The notes beneath the pieces are model-generated. The model saw only the letters and a program-made list of their open reading frames with translations, was not told the origin of the DNA and did not search any database. A stretch of DNA of 64,000 nt from an uncultured Planctomycetota bacterium. GTDB taxonomy: Bacteria; Planctomycetota; Planctomycetia; Gemmatales; Gemmataceae. Shown here one piece after another: positions 19,511-30,052 of the stretch (positions are counted from its first letter, which is position 1; each line of letters starts with the position of its first letter). Made by a program: the position numbers and the translations under genes. The DNA lies in assembly GCA_963849325.1 (NCBI GenBank), contig CAWKHF010000005.1, positions 992,001 through 1,056,000 of the forward strand, read 5' to 3'.

Positions 19511-20175
19511 ATGTCCATCCAGCCAACCCTGCCGCCCCCGCCACCAACCCTGCCACTTCCGCGCCACGCCCTCGGCCTGCCGGCCGGCAGCATCCGCGCC
19601 TTGCTCGCCCTGGCGGTGCTGGGTTTGCTCTGGCTGCTCGCCTTGCGGCCGCTGCCCGGTCACGCCGAAACGCCGGCCGAGATCAAGCTGCCGACCATCT
19701 TCATGGACCTGCAAATCCTGATGGTGCTGATCCTGGCCCACTTCTTCGCGGCCCACGGCCACAGCATTCGGGCCAGCGGCGTCGGACCCTCGCCTTTGCA
19801 CTTGCCGCGCGGCAGTGTGCGTTTCCTTCTGTTGGCCGGCTATCTCGGCCTGGCTGGCTTTCTCTACCACACGCAGCCGAAGTTCGAGTATCCGTCCACC
19901 AGTGCCTTCATCCTGCTGCTCGTGCTGCTCAGCGGCTTTTTCCTCGGCCACGTCCTTACGGGGGCGGTCCTCTGGTTCTCCGGCGGCGTCTTACCGTTCT
20001 GGTTTCAGGACGTGCAGGCGTGGGTGGCCCTGTTGGCGATCCTGTGCATGGGCGTCATTCTGATTATCCAGGTCTTCATCAACACCAGCTTATCGCTGGA
20101 ACAGCAGCTCGATTTGCCGGTGGTGGAAGCGATCCTGGCCGCCCTGGTCGGCTTTTATTTCGGCGCCGTTCGTGA
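19511..20175 (+). CDS. Multi-pass membrane protein (true end probably FYFGARS*, 1-nt error)
   Basis: Internally repeated ALGLPAGSIRALL / PLHLPRGSVRFLL; six hydrophobic segments. Confidence 0.75.
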
Positions 20176-20191
20176 CATCCGCCCTTTTGAG

Positions 20192-20221
20192 TTGACGCCG
20201 CCCCACGTTCCCCCTCATAAT
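20192..20221 (+). promoter_or_regulatory. Sigma-70-type promoter
   Basis: TTGACG-N18-CATAAT. Confidence 0.6.
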
Positions 20222-20224
20222 GGT

Positions 20225-20455
20225 CCCTAGGTATTTCCAAAAACTCTCCTCTCGGCCCGAAGGCCGGGAGTGGATTGGCGACAAGTTTTGGCTTACGAGG
20301 TCCGCAGCGTCGGGACCACGACACGCTCTGCCAGTGGGACCGGAAGTGCCGCGGGCGCCTTCACCGACTCAAGCACGCTATCGGAATGACGTTCCCCGCT
20401 CTGGGGCTGGACGGAAAGGCCCCTCGGGGTGGCGCCTGGTCGAAAGGCTGGGCGA
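20225..20455 (+). ncRNA. Candidate structured RNA (possible 6S RNA) upstream of rny
   Basis: Follows a promoter; several hairpins with G-U pairs and CGAA/GAAA loops; 5' CCCTAG can pair with CTGGGG about 180 nt downstream; synteny with rny-ymdB. Confidence 0.35.
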
Positions 20456-20472
20456 GGATTGAAACAAACCGC

Positions 20473-20691
20473 ATGACTCTGTTCTGGTTGCTTTGCGTGT
20501 GTCTACTACTGGTTGGACTCGCCGTATGCCCGCCGGTGCGTGCGACCCTGGGGGACTGGTGGCTCCACTGTTTCGGAGTCCGTCAACGGGTGCCGCGCTC
20601 GTCCGGGCGGCCCGTTCCGGTCCCTGCCCGTAGTCCTCCACACGATCGCTTGCCTCCGCCGCGCGTCATCACGCGCGCGGGTCCGAGATAA
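20473..20691 (+). CDS. Small single-TM protein (72 aa)
   Basis: MTLFWLLCVCLLLVGLAVC followed by a basic, Pro-rich tail. Confidence 0.45.
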   Translation: MTLFWLLCVCLLLVGLAVCPPVRATLGDWWLHCFGVRQRVPRSSGRPVPVPARSPPHDRLPPPRVITRAGPR

Positions 20692-20893
20692 GTGCGGATC
20701 GCGCCGCCGGATCGTCGAGGAAAACGTATCCGCCGGCGCGATCGGAAGTGTGACGTGATCGGTTGAGGTTGCCCGTCCGCATGTTCCTTTCTCCCTCTCC
20801 CGCCGCCGCCGCGGGAGGCGAAGGCTTCGCGCACTTCGCCGGTGTGTCGGCCGGATTCGGACGCCGCGGCCCTCTCGGGAAGGAGTGGGCTGA

Positions 20894-22462
20894 ATGGTGG
20901 AGCCGCTGTACGTGGTCCTCTTCAGCTGTCTCGCGGCCCTGGTCGGTTTGTCTCTGGGCTATGCCGGCGTTCGCCTGATCGATCGTTCGCGTTTGAAAGG
21001 CGTCCGCAGCCGAGCCGATGAGATCGCCCGCAGCGCCCGCGAAGAGGCCGACAAGATCAAGAAGGAAGCGGAGCTGAAGGCCAAGGACGACCTGTATCAG
21101 CAGCGCGAGGAGTTCAAGCGCGAGACCGAACAGGTCCGCGGCGAGCTGCGCGAGCAGGAACGCCGCCTGGCCAGCCGCGAGGACGGTCTGGAGGAGAAAA
21201 ACCAAGCGCTGCAAAAACGCGAGCGCAGCCTGGAACATCTCAAAACCAAGCTCAACGAGCGCAAGGCCGAGGTCGAGAAGCGCGGCCAGGAGATGGAGAA
21301 GCTCGTCCAGGAGCAGACGCGCAAGCTGCACGAGATCAGCGGCCTGGGCCGCGAGCAGGCCGAGACGCTGCTGCTGGAGCGCCTGGAACGCGAACTGTCC
21401 GAGCGCATCGCCGAGCGTCTGCAAAAGCACGAGGAAGCGCTGCGCCAGGCCAGCGAGGAGAAGAGCCGTCGCATCCTGGCGACGGCCATCCATCGCTACG
21501 CCGCCGAGCACACCGGCGACACCACCGTCAGCACCGTGGACATCCCCAGCGACGACATGAAGGGCCGCATCATCGGCCGCGAGGGGCGCAACATCCGCAC
21601 CTTCGAGAAGTGCACCGGCGTGGACGTGATCGTGGACGACACGCCCGGCGTGGTCATCGTCAGCGCCTTCGACAACGTCCGCCGCGAGACGGCCCGGCTG
21701 GCCCTGACCAAGCTCATCCAGGACGGCCGCATTCACCCCTCGCGCATCGAGGAGGTGGTCACGGAGACGCAGGCGGAGATGGAGAAGCACATCCTGGAGG
21801 TCGGCAAGCAGGCCGTGCAGGACGCGAACATCGGCCTACTGCACGAGAAGCTGGTGCAGCTGCTGGGCCGGCTGAAGTTCCGCACCAGCTACAGCCAGAA
21901 CGTCTTGCAGCACAGCCTGGAGGTGTGCCACCTGTGCGGCATGATGGCCGACGAGCTGGGCCTGGACGGCCGGCTGGCCCGGCGCTGCGGCCTGCTGCAC
22001 GACATCGGCAAGGCGGCCGACCACGAGATGGAAGGCGGCCATCCCAAGATCGGCGCCGAGCTGGCCAGCCGCTACGGCGAGACGAGCAAGGACGTGCTGC
22101 ACGCCATCGCCGGCCATCACGATGACGTGACGATCGACCACATTTACACGGTGCTGGTGGCCGCCGCCGACGCCATCAGCGCCTCGCGCCCCGGCGCACG
22201 CCGGGAGACGCTGGAGAAGTACGTCAAGCGGCTGGAGGAGCTGGAGGCGGTGGCGTCGGGCTTCCCGGGCGTCGAGCACGCCTACGCCATCCAGGCCGGC
22301 CGCGAGGTGCGCGTCATCGCCAACGCCTCGCAAACGTCCGACAGCGAGGCGATCAAGGTCTGCCACGACATCGCCAAGGCCATCGAGGAGCAGCTGCACT
22401 ATCCCGGCGAGATCAAGGTCACGGTCGTCCGCGAAACCCGCGCCGTCGAGTTTGCCCGGTAA
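20894..22462 (+). CDS. rny: Ribonuclease Y
   Basis: N-terminal TM, coiled coil, KH domain ([13 protein letters not shown]), HD domain (LLHDIGKA), [11 protein letters not shown]. Confidence 0.98.
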   Translation: MVEPLYVVLFSCLAALVGLSLGYAGVRLIDRSRLKGVRSRADEIARSAREEADKIKKEAELKAKDDLYQQREEFKRETEQVRGELREQERRLASREDGLEEKNQALQKRERSLEHLKTKLNERKAEVEKRGQEMEKLVQEQTRKLHEISGLGREQAETLLLERLERELSERIAERLQKHEEALRQASEEKSRRILATAIHRYAAEHTGDTTVSTVDIPSDDMKGRIIGREGRNIRTFEKCTGVDVIVDDTPGVVIVSAFDNVRRETARLALTKLIQDGRIHPSRIEEVVTETQAEMEKHILEVGKQAVQDANIGLLHEKLVQLLGRLKFRTSYSQNVLQHSLEVCHLCGMMADELGLDGRLARRCGLLHDIGKAADHEMEGGHPKIGAELASRYGETSKDVLHAIAGHHDDVTIDHIYTVLVAAADAISASRPGARRETLEKYVKRLEELEAVASGFPGVEHAYAIQAGREVRVIANASQTSDSEAIKVCHDIAKAIEEQLHYPGEIKVTVVRETRAVEFAR

Positions 22463-22465
22463 AGC

Positions 22466-22633
22466 AGAGATTCACCACGGAAAACACGGAAAACACGGAA
22501 AAAAGACAAATAATAGAGAAAACAAGATACCAAGAATGAGGCCCGAGACACCCAGCAATCCCGCTCCGCCTGGTGGGTTATTCTTGTTTTGTTTTTTTTT
22601 CCGTGTTTTCCGTGTTTTCCGTGGTGAATCTCT
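22466..22633. repeat. MITE-like element with perfect 39-bp terminal inverted repeats built of CACGGAAAA 9-mers
   Basis: 22466-22504 is the reverse complement of 22595-22633. Confidence 0.92.
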
Positions 22634-22650
22634 TCTTAGGGACGGTGTGT

Positions 22651-23451
22651 ATGCGTGTGTTGTTCATCGGTGACATCGTCGGTTCGCCGGGCGTGACGTT
22701 CCTGCGTCAAGCGCTGCCGCCGCTGATCGAGCGCGAGCGGATCGACCTGGTCATCGCCAACGCCGAGAACGCCGCCAACGGCTCGGGCCTGACGCCCACG
22801 CTGTACCGCCGCATCCGCGAGGCCGGCGTCGATCTGGTGACACTGGGCGATCACATCTACAAGAAGGCCGACATCATCCCCACACTGGAGAAAGACGACC
22901 GCATCTGCAAGCCGGCCAACTTCCCACCCGAGGCGCCCGGCCGCGACTTCGCCCTGGCCGCGGCGCGCGACGGCACGCCGGTGGCCGTGCTGTGTCTGCT
23001 GGGCCGCACCTTCATGCGCGCGGTGGACTGCCCCTTCCACGCCGCCGACCGCGTGCTGGCGGCGCTAACTGGGCAGACACGCTGCATCGTCGTCGATGCC
23101 CACGCCGAGGCGACCGCCGACAAGTATCTGCTCGGCCATCACCTCAAGGGCCGCGTCAGCGCCGTGCTCGGCACTCACACGCACGTAGCCACCGCCGACG
23201 AGCAAATCCTGCCGGGCGGCACCGCTTTCATCAGCGACGTCGGCATGACGGGGCCGTATGACAGCATCCTCGGCCGCCGCATCGACCGCGTGCTGCCGAC
23301 GACCATCACGTTCGTGCCCAGCGCCTTCGACGTGGCGACCGGCGATCCGCGCCTGGCCGGCGCCCTCGTGGACATCGACCCGGCGACCGGCCAAAGTCAC
23401 GCCATCCGCCGCGTCATGCTGAGAGAGACGGACCTAAACCCTAAGCTCTGA
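22651..23451 (+). CDS. ymdB: YmdB/TIGR00282 metallophosphoesterase
   Basis: [38 protein letters not shown]; lies downstream of rny. Confidence 0.95.
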   Translation: MRVLFIGDIVGSPGVTFLRQALPPLIERERIDLVIANAENAANGSGLTPTLYRRIREAGVDLVTLGDHIYKKADIIPTLEKDDRICKPANFPPEAPGRDFALAAARDGTPVAVLCLLGRTFMRAVDCPFHAADRVLAALTGQTRCIVVDAHAEATADKYLLGHHLKGRVSAVLGTHTHVATADEQILPGGTAFISDVGMTGPYDSILGRRIDRVLPTTITFVPSAFDVATGDPRLAGALVDIDPATGQSHAIRRVMLRETDLNPKL

Positions 23452-23459
23452 CTCGAAAT

Positions 23460-24300
23460 ATGGTTGAGAACGCACCGATCCTGTCCTGCCAGCACGCCGG
23501 TCTGACCATCGAGGGCTACTCGCGGGCGGCCGTGCAGTCGTACTGGCGCATCCCCGAGCTGAAGATCGGCTTCGACCTCGGCGCGCAGCCGTGGGACTTC
23601 ATGGGCACGCCGACCTGGCTGGTGACGCACACGCACCTGGACCACGTCGCCGCCCTGCCGGTCTACGTGGCTCGGCGGCGCATGATGCGCATGGAACCGC
23701 CGACGCTGTACGTGCCGGCGCCGGCCGTCGAAGACCTGCGCCGTCTGCTGCTGGTCTTCCAGCGCCTCGACCGCGGCCGCATGATCTGCGACCTGCGCGG
23801 CGTCAACGCCGGCGACGAGATCGAACTGTCGCGCGATCACGTCGTCACCGCCTTCGCCACCACGCACACCATCCCGTCGCTGGGCTACGTCGTCTGGGAG
23901 CGCCGCTTCAAGCTCAAGGAGGAGTATCACGGTCTGCCCGGCGAGAAGATCCGCGACCTGCGCCTGTCCGGCGTGGCGGTGACGCGCGAGGTGCGCACGC
24001 CGTTGGTGGCCTACACCGGCGACACCAGCCCCGGCGGCATGGACGCCTATCCGCCCGTTTTCGAGGCCAAGATCCTTATCACGGAGCTGAGTTTCATCCG
24101 GCCCAACCACCGCCGCGAGAAGATCCACAAGTTCGGCCACATGCACCTGGACGACTACATCGAGCGGGCCGACCGCTTCCAGAACGAACTGATCATCTGT
24201 GCGCACCTGAGCACGCGCTACCATCCGCAGGAAGTCAAGCGCATCGTCGAGTCGAAACTGCCGCCGCAGCTGCGCCACGCGCGTCCGCCTCTGGCTGTAA
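23460..24300 (+). CDS. RNase Z-like MBL-fold hydrolase (last codons frameshifted)
   Basis: [35 protein letters not shown]. Confidence 0.85.
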
Positions 24301-24301
24301 A

Positions 24302-24400
24302 AAAGTTCTGAGTTCTTCAGTTAGCCGCGACGCGCAGCGGAGCGCGGGAGTCTTCCGCGCTCCGCTGCGCGTCGCGGCTAACCGAAGAACTCCGAACTTT
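24302..24400. repeat. Nested palindrome: family A REP (24320-24382) inside GTTCTGA-type heptamer arms
   Basis: Outer arms 24302-24318 and 24384-24400 with one mismatch. Confidence 0.88.
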
Positions 24401-24489
24401 GCCGTGCGCGGGAGGCAAGTGTGTGCTAGGGTTTCTTGGTACAAACTTTGGTGGCCGATTGTTCGAGTGTTCATGTGGGATTGGCGATC

Positions 24490-24996
24490 ATGAACTCCTC
24501 CCTCTCGATAGTGAACTTTTTCACGAACCAACCGTGGGTCATCCCGGTCCTCGTCATCGGCCTGCTGGTGGCGAGTTTGGCGTTCCTGGTGGGCCGGCGC
24601 TGGCTGATCGTCCGTCCGCCGGCCGTCGAGGAAGGGCCGCCGCCGGAAGAAGGCATGACGACACTGACCACTGCACAGCCGAAAAAGTCCGAACCCGATC
24701 GGCGGTCCGCGCCGCGCCGCAAGGGCAACCGCGTCGAGGTCTACCTAACCGACGACTCCAAACGGCCGCCCTTGCAAGGCTGGGTCGTCGATCGCTCGAT
24801 GGGCGGTCTCTGCCTGATCGTGGAGAAACCGCTGACCGAAGGCTCCGTCTTCAACGTCCGTCCACGCCAGGCGCCGCAGACGGCGCCGTGGACGGCCATC
24901 GAGGTCCGCTCGTGCCGTCCCGAAGGCGGCGAGTGGGAAGTCGGCTGTCGCTTCGTCAAAACGCCACAGTGGAACGACTTGCTGCTGTTCGGTTGA
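24490..24996 (+). CDS. PilZ-domain protein with N-terminal TM
   Basis: DRRSAPRR (RxxxR) and DRSMGG (DxSxxG). Confidence 0.88.
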   Translation: MNSSLSIVNFFTNQPWVIPVLVIGLLVASLAFLVGRRWLIVRPPAVEEGPPPEEGMTTLTTAQPKKSEPDRRSAPRRKGNRVEVYLTDDSKRPPLQGWVVDRSMGGLCLIVEKPLTEGSVFNVRPRQAPQTAPWTAIEVRSCRPEGGEWEVGCRFVKTPQWNDLLLFG

Positions 24997-25021
24997 GCCG
25001 CACTCGGGATCGCTTCTCGTC

Positions 25022-25050
25022 TTGACCCGCCCTGGACCGCGCACTACTAT
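25022..25050 (+). promoter_or_regulatory. Sigma-70-type promoter
   Basis: TTGACC-N17-TACTAT. Confidence 0.65.
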
Positions 25051-25146
25051 CCCGCCCTTGCGCGCCGGCGTCCATCCTGGTGAATCGGGGAGGACCAGTC
25101 GGCGCGGCAAATTGGGTCGTTGGTTGCCGTTGGACGAGGGCGCTGG

Positions 25147-26208
25147 ATGCGAGGGCGTCGCTGGCTGCTGATCGGAAGTTTCGGCCTGGCCGCCTGCCTG
25201 CTGTCGGGGTGTCTGCGCACCCTCTCGCCGCCGGAAAGCCCTGTCGCGCGCCGGACGTCCCCGACCCGGCCGGACAACAACGTGCCGGGCCGGAGAGGAA
25301 ACAACTCGATTCGTCGCCATCGGATTACCAAGACTCCCCGCCTCCTCCCGTCATGCCGGACGTGCGAACCACGGCGATGCCGGTCAAGCCGATGGAGTTG
25401 CGCATCAAAGCCGAGGAGCCGCCACCGGCCCAGCCGGCCGACCCACCCGCACCACGGATGGACGTCCATGCCTCGCCGCCGGCGAAGCCCGACGCCGCCT
25501 CCGTGCAGGCGCTCCGCGCTCTGCTCGAACGCCAACCCGAGGAGGAGGTACGCGAGCAGCTGAAGCCTTATGATCCGGCCACGCAGGAAGCGCTGTTCAT
25601 CCTGCTGGGGAACGTGGCCCAGCTGGAACAGGGGGGCGGCGTGGCGCAGCTGCGCCGCGCGACCTGGCCACCTGGACGGATCGTCTGCACGCCCTGACCG
25701 CCGGCCTGCGGGCGCGGCGCAGCTGGTCCTCGACAATATGTGTTTTTGCAGCCACATCGAGAACTTTGGCCAGTTCACGATGCTGCCGCCCAGCCAGTGT
25801 TGCTTCCAGCCCGGCGAGTTGGTGCGCGTTTACGTGCAGGTCCGCAACTTCGCCAGCCGCCGCGACAAGAAGGGCGGATATACGACGGTCCTCAAAGGTC
25901 GGCTGGAAATCTACGACGAGAACAACCGCGACAAGCCGTTCCTGTACTCGGACTCCCCACCGCGCGGCGACTTCAGCTGGACGCCGCGACAGGATTACTT
26001 CGTCAACTTCCGCTTCCGCGTGCCGCTGAATTGTCCGCCCGGTTCGTACACGGTATGGATCGCGGTCGAGGATTGGACCGATGCCGCTCCGGGATCGAAA
26101 GGGGTGGCCCCGTCGCGTGGCGCACGCAGCTCGCTCGACTTCCGCGTCGGCGGACCCGTCTCGCGGCATCCACGCGCCAGCATCGACGATGTCACGCCGG
26201 CGCGCTGA
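25147..26208 (+). CDS. Lipoprotein, hypothetical (frameshifted)
   Basis: Lipobox LLSGC; C-terminal Ig-like domain (FCSHIENFGQF...PPGSYTVWIAVED). Confidence 0.7.
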
Positions 26209-26229
26209 AAACCCGAATCGTAAGATGTT

Positions 26230-26302
26230 TATCCGAGCCTGAAGCGTTAGCGAAGACAACCTTCGGTTGTCGCTCTCTTCGCTTACGCTTCAGGCTCGGA
26301 TA
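26230..26302. repeat. REP-like palindrome family B
   Basis: Same arms as 12661-12733. Confidence 0.92.
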
Positions 26303-26388
26303 GGTTTTGTCCGTCCGTCCGAACTTGTTTCAGGACGATCTCAACGGGTAGCATGAATCGGTTCGCTCGCCATTGCCAGGGGAGAATT

Positions 26389-26871
26389 ATGAGCCTGTTT
26401 GAGCAGCTCGTGCAGGCCGTCGAGGAGGCGCGGGGGATGGCGACCCGGGCGGCGAACGAAGAGCAAGCCTGGGCTGGCCGCTTCTGCGAACAATTGACCG
26501 CCTACCTCAACGCCCCGCAAGAGGCCGTCCACTACGTCAGCGAGGAAGGCGGCGTCATGGTCCACGTCGGCTTTCCATCCCTGCGCGACGTGGATGGCTG
26601 GCACGCCTTCCAGCTGGAAATCGCCACGGACTCCCAGCAGCACCACCGCTTCCTGCTGAACCTTCTCTTTCAACCGACCGAAGAAGAGCACCGGGTCAAG
26701 CTGGGTTCAGAGGGAGAGGTGTTTCGGATTCCGTTGCAGCGCGAAGACTTCTTCGATCGCGTGTTCGTCAGTCTGCTGGCCGACCTGAAGACGCCGGAGG
26801 GCCAGGACACGGCGCGCAAGGGCGGCGTGCGCAAGATCGGCTCGGTGTCGAATTCGGAGAAGGAATCGTGA
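26389..26871 (+). CDS. Hypothetical protein
   Basis: SD GGGGAG; typical codon usage; GTGA overlap with the next gene. Confidence 0.65.
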   Translation: MSLFEQLVQAVEEARGMATRAANEEQAWAGRFCEQLTAYLNAPQEAVHYVSEEGGVMVHVGFPSLRDVDGWHAFQLEIATDSQQHHRFLLNLLFQPTEEEHRVKLGSEGEVFRIPLQREDFFDRVFVSLLADLKTPEGQDTARKGGVRKIGSVSNSEKES

Positions 26872-27793
26872 CGATCCTCAGCGCCGGCCTTACGCCAGCC
26901 TGGCAGCAGGTCTTGCTTTTCGATTCGTTCGCACTCGGCGAGGTCAACCGCGCGCCGCCAGGTTTGCTGGTGCGCCTCCGGCAAGGTGCTGAACGCCGCG
27001 CGCGCTGCTGCACCTGGGAGCGCCCTGCAAGGCGCTGACGGTGGTGGGCGGCACCGCCGGGTCGGCCATCCGGCACGACTGTTCGCGGCTCGGCTTGCCG
27101 GCGCGATGGATCGACAGCGACACGCCGACGCGCATCTGCACGACCGTCCTCGACGCCGCCGGCGGCACCGCCACCGAGTTGGTCCCCAACGCCGCCGAAC
27201 TCGGTGACGCCGAGCGCGAGGCCTTCGTCGCCGCTTACGCCGAGGAGGCGGCGGACGCCGCCGTCGTGGTCCTGATCGGCTCGCTGCCGGTGGGAACGCC
27301 CTCCGCGTTGTACCGCGATCTGCTGGCCCACACTCCCGGCAAGGTCATCCTCGACGCTCGCGGCTCCGAACTGCTCGACGCTCTGCCGGCCCGGCCCTTC
27401 CTCGTCAAGCCGAACCGGGCCGAGCTGGAGAAAACACTTGGTCGGCCGCTGCGGAGCGAGGAGGAGCTGTGCGACGGCATGCGCGAGATCAACGAGCGCG
27501 GCGCCGAGTGGGTGGTCATCACGGACGGCGGCCATCCGCTGTACGCGCGGTCGCACGGCCATCTCTATCGGCTGCGGCCGCCGACGGCCGGCCGGATCGT
27601 CAATCCCATCGGCTGCGGCGACTGCATGGCTGCGGGCATCGCCTGGAGCATCTTCCAGGGGCGCGAGCCGATCGACGCCGTTCGTTTCGGCGTGGCCGCC
27701 GCCGCCAGCAAGGTCACTCAGCCGCTGCCCGGTTTCGTCGCGCGCGAACAGGTGGAAGCGTTGGCCCCAAGCGTGGAGATCGATCGCCTGTAA
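26868..27793 (+). CDS. PfkB-family sugar kinase (1-phosphofructokinase/LacC-like), frameshifted
   Basis: SGKVLNAA, LVKPNRAEL, NPIGCGD. Confidence 0.88.
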
Positions 27794-27816
27794 GGCGGAA
27801 AAAGAAGGAGGGCGAA

Positions 27817-28686
27817 ATGACGGATCGATTCACCCGACGTTTCCGGGTGCGCCATTACGAGCTGGACGCGACCGGCCGGGTCGGCGGCGTGGTCCTCGTC
27901 CGCTACATGCAGGAGGCCGCGATCGAGGCTTCCACCGCCCTGGGCTTCAGCCCCGACTGGTATCAGGAGCACGGCACCGCCTGGGTGGTGCGACGGCTCT
28001 CCGTTCGTTACTTCGCCCCGGTCGGCTACGGCGAGGAGGTCGCCGTCGCCACCTGGCTCTCGACGCTGCGCGGCGTCCGCTCCATCCGCGAGTATGACGT
28101 GACGCGCAGCCGCGACGGCGCCCGCGTGGCCCGTGGGCGGGCCGAGTGGGTTTACATCGACGTGCGGACGGCCCAGCCGATCCGCTTCCCGGATGCCTGG
28201 TCGGAAGCCTTTCCTCGACCCGCCACGGCAGAGGATCTCGGTATTCGTCTGGTCGATGCGCGACCGACCGCGAACGCTCACCGCTACACGAGCCGGCGCA
28301 CGGTCCAGTTCCACGATCTGGACGCGGCCCAGCACGTCAACCACGCAATGTATCTGCAATGGGCGGAGCAAGCTCGTCTGGACGCCCTTCGCGCCGCGGG
28401 CCATCCACCGGAGCGTGGCCAGCGCGAGGGATGGAGTGTGCTCCAGGCCGGACGCGAAGTCCAGTATTTCGCGCCGGCGCTGGACAACGACAACATCGAG
28501 ATCGTCAGCTGGCTGCACGAGACAGCGGGAGACGGCTGGGCGTGGACGCAGGAGATCTGCCACGCCGACACGCGCAAGTTGCTGGTACGCGAGTATTCCG
28601 TCGGGACGTTCGTGGACGCGGAAGGCAAATCGATCGCGCCGCCCCAGCAGGCCATCGAAGACGTCCTTCGCGGACCCGCAAAGTAA
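27817..28686 (+). CDS. Acyl-ACP thioesterase (double hotdog fold)
   Basis: FRVRHYELD, YMQEAA, DLDAAQHVNHAMY. Confidence 0.88.
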   Translation: MTDRFTRRFRVRHYELDATGRVGGVVLVRYMQEAAIEASTALGFSPDWYQEHGTAWVVRRLSVRYFAPVGYGEEVAVATWLSTLRGVRSIREYDVTRSRDGARVARGRAEWVYIDVRTAQPIRFPDAWSEAFPRPATAEDLGIRLVDARPTANAHRYTSRRTVQFHDLDAAQHVNHAMYLQWAEQARLDALRAAGHPPERGQREGWSVLQAGREVQYFAPALDNDNIEIVSWLHETAGDGWAWTQEICHADTRKLLVREYSVGTFVDAEGKSIAPPQQAIEDVLRGPAK

Positions 28687-28688
28687 TG

Positions 28689-30025
28689 TTATTGATGTTT
28701 CGGATCGATGCGGTGGATGACCTTGGAAGCTTCGCCGCGAACCATCGCGTCCTTGTCCTGTGCCAGCTGCTCCAGCAACGGGATCGCTTCCTTGGCCGGA
28801 GGACCGATTTCCCCCAAGGTCCAGAGGAGTCCGACGCGGCCATAAGGGGTCGCCGTCTTGAAGCGCTCCATGACCGGCTTAACGGCAGCGGGGCCGATTT
28901 GAGCAAGCGTCTGGCAGAACCCGAATCGATGCCGGCCGAATTGAGGATCGACCAGCCAGGTGATAAGTTGCGGAATGGCCGCCTTGGCGCCGGAGCCGAT
29001 TTCGCCGAGGGTGGAAAGAGTTCGGGAGCGGACGCGGATTGGCGTGTCTGGATCGCCAAAGAGGGCGAGAAGTGCCGGCACGGCTTCCTTGCCGTCTGGC
29101 CCCATCGCTCCAAGAGCCTGGAGAACGGAGTCCACTATTCGCAAGGGCAAGGACGTATCCGGGACGGGATTGACATCGCGGACGTCCAGGGCTTTCAGGA
29201 GATGGGGGATGGCCGTCTTGGCGTCCGGCCCCATTTCCATGATGGCCCTGGCCACGACATTCCGAATCCCCTCTTCTTTTTTATCTCCCAACATGCGGAT
29301 CAAGAACGGCACAACCTTGTCGGCGTTCGTGCCGATCTTGCCCAAGGAGTTCAGAGAATAGATGCGCAAAGTGCGGTCCTGGGAAGTCCGGATTACCTCC
29401 ATGAGGGCCGGAACGGCATCGCGTGCCCCACGGCCGAAACCGCCCAGGCGCGCGCGGCAGCCTGGGAAAGAGGCATCTCGTTTGGATCCTCGGTGCGATC
29501 GTCTGATTTCAAGGCTTCGATAAGCGCGGGAACGGCGTATCTGGGCTGCTTTCCAATGGCGCCCAATGCGTGTGCCGCTGCTCGGCGAAGAGCCATGTCT
29601 TCATCGTAGATAAGGATCTTGGCCAATGTAGACGAACCGCCGCCCCTTGGACCGATTAGGCCGAGAAGAGTGATACACTGTAACCGTACCCGGCGGTTCT
29701 GTCCTGGCTTCGTAAGGACAGTGGTCACAGAAGAGGCATCAGCGGAAGGAGAGCGATAAGCCGAAGTTAAGGTCGATAAAGCCGAGAGAGCCTCAAAGCG
29801 AATCTCTTCCTCGCGATCCAACAGCCCCTCCCGTATTACCATCATCGCTGGCCGCACGTTCTTGGCTATCGAAGTCATCTTCTTCATGGCAGCCAGGCGC
29901 TCGGCGGGACGAGACTTTAAATACTCTTTCAGGAGCCGTTCGACATCGGTCTCCTCTGCTGAAACGCAGGCCGAAGAGCAGGCAAAGACGAAGGATAATA
30001 CCAGAGATTTGGGAAAAAAAACCAC
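28689..30025 (-). CDS. Exported HEAT-repeat protein (frameshift near 29430)
   Basis: Signal peptide; repeated ALGAMGPDGKEAVPAL / LGEIGPPAKEAIPLL units across two ORFs. Confidence 0.85.
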
Positions 30026-30052
30026 GTTATTACCTCCGCTTCGTAGTGGTCG

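Noticed and set aside
20400-20460. GGGGCTG start resembling tmRNA, or an SRP-like loop nearby
   Set aside because: No tmRNA GATTCGAC motif or tRNA-like 3' end, and no exact SRP GGAAG-AGCAG motif.
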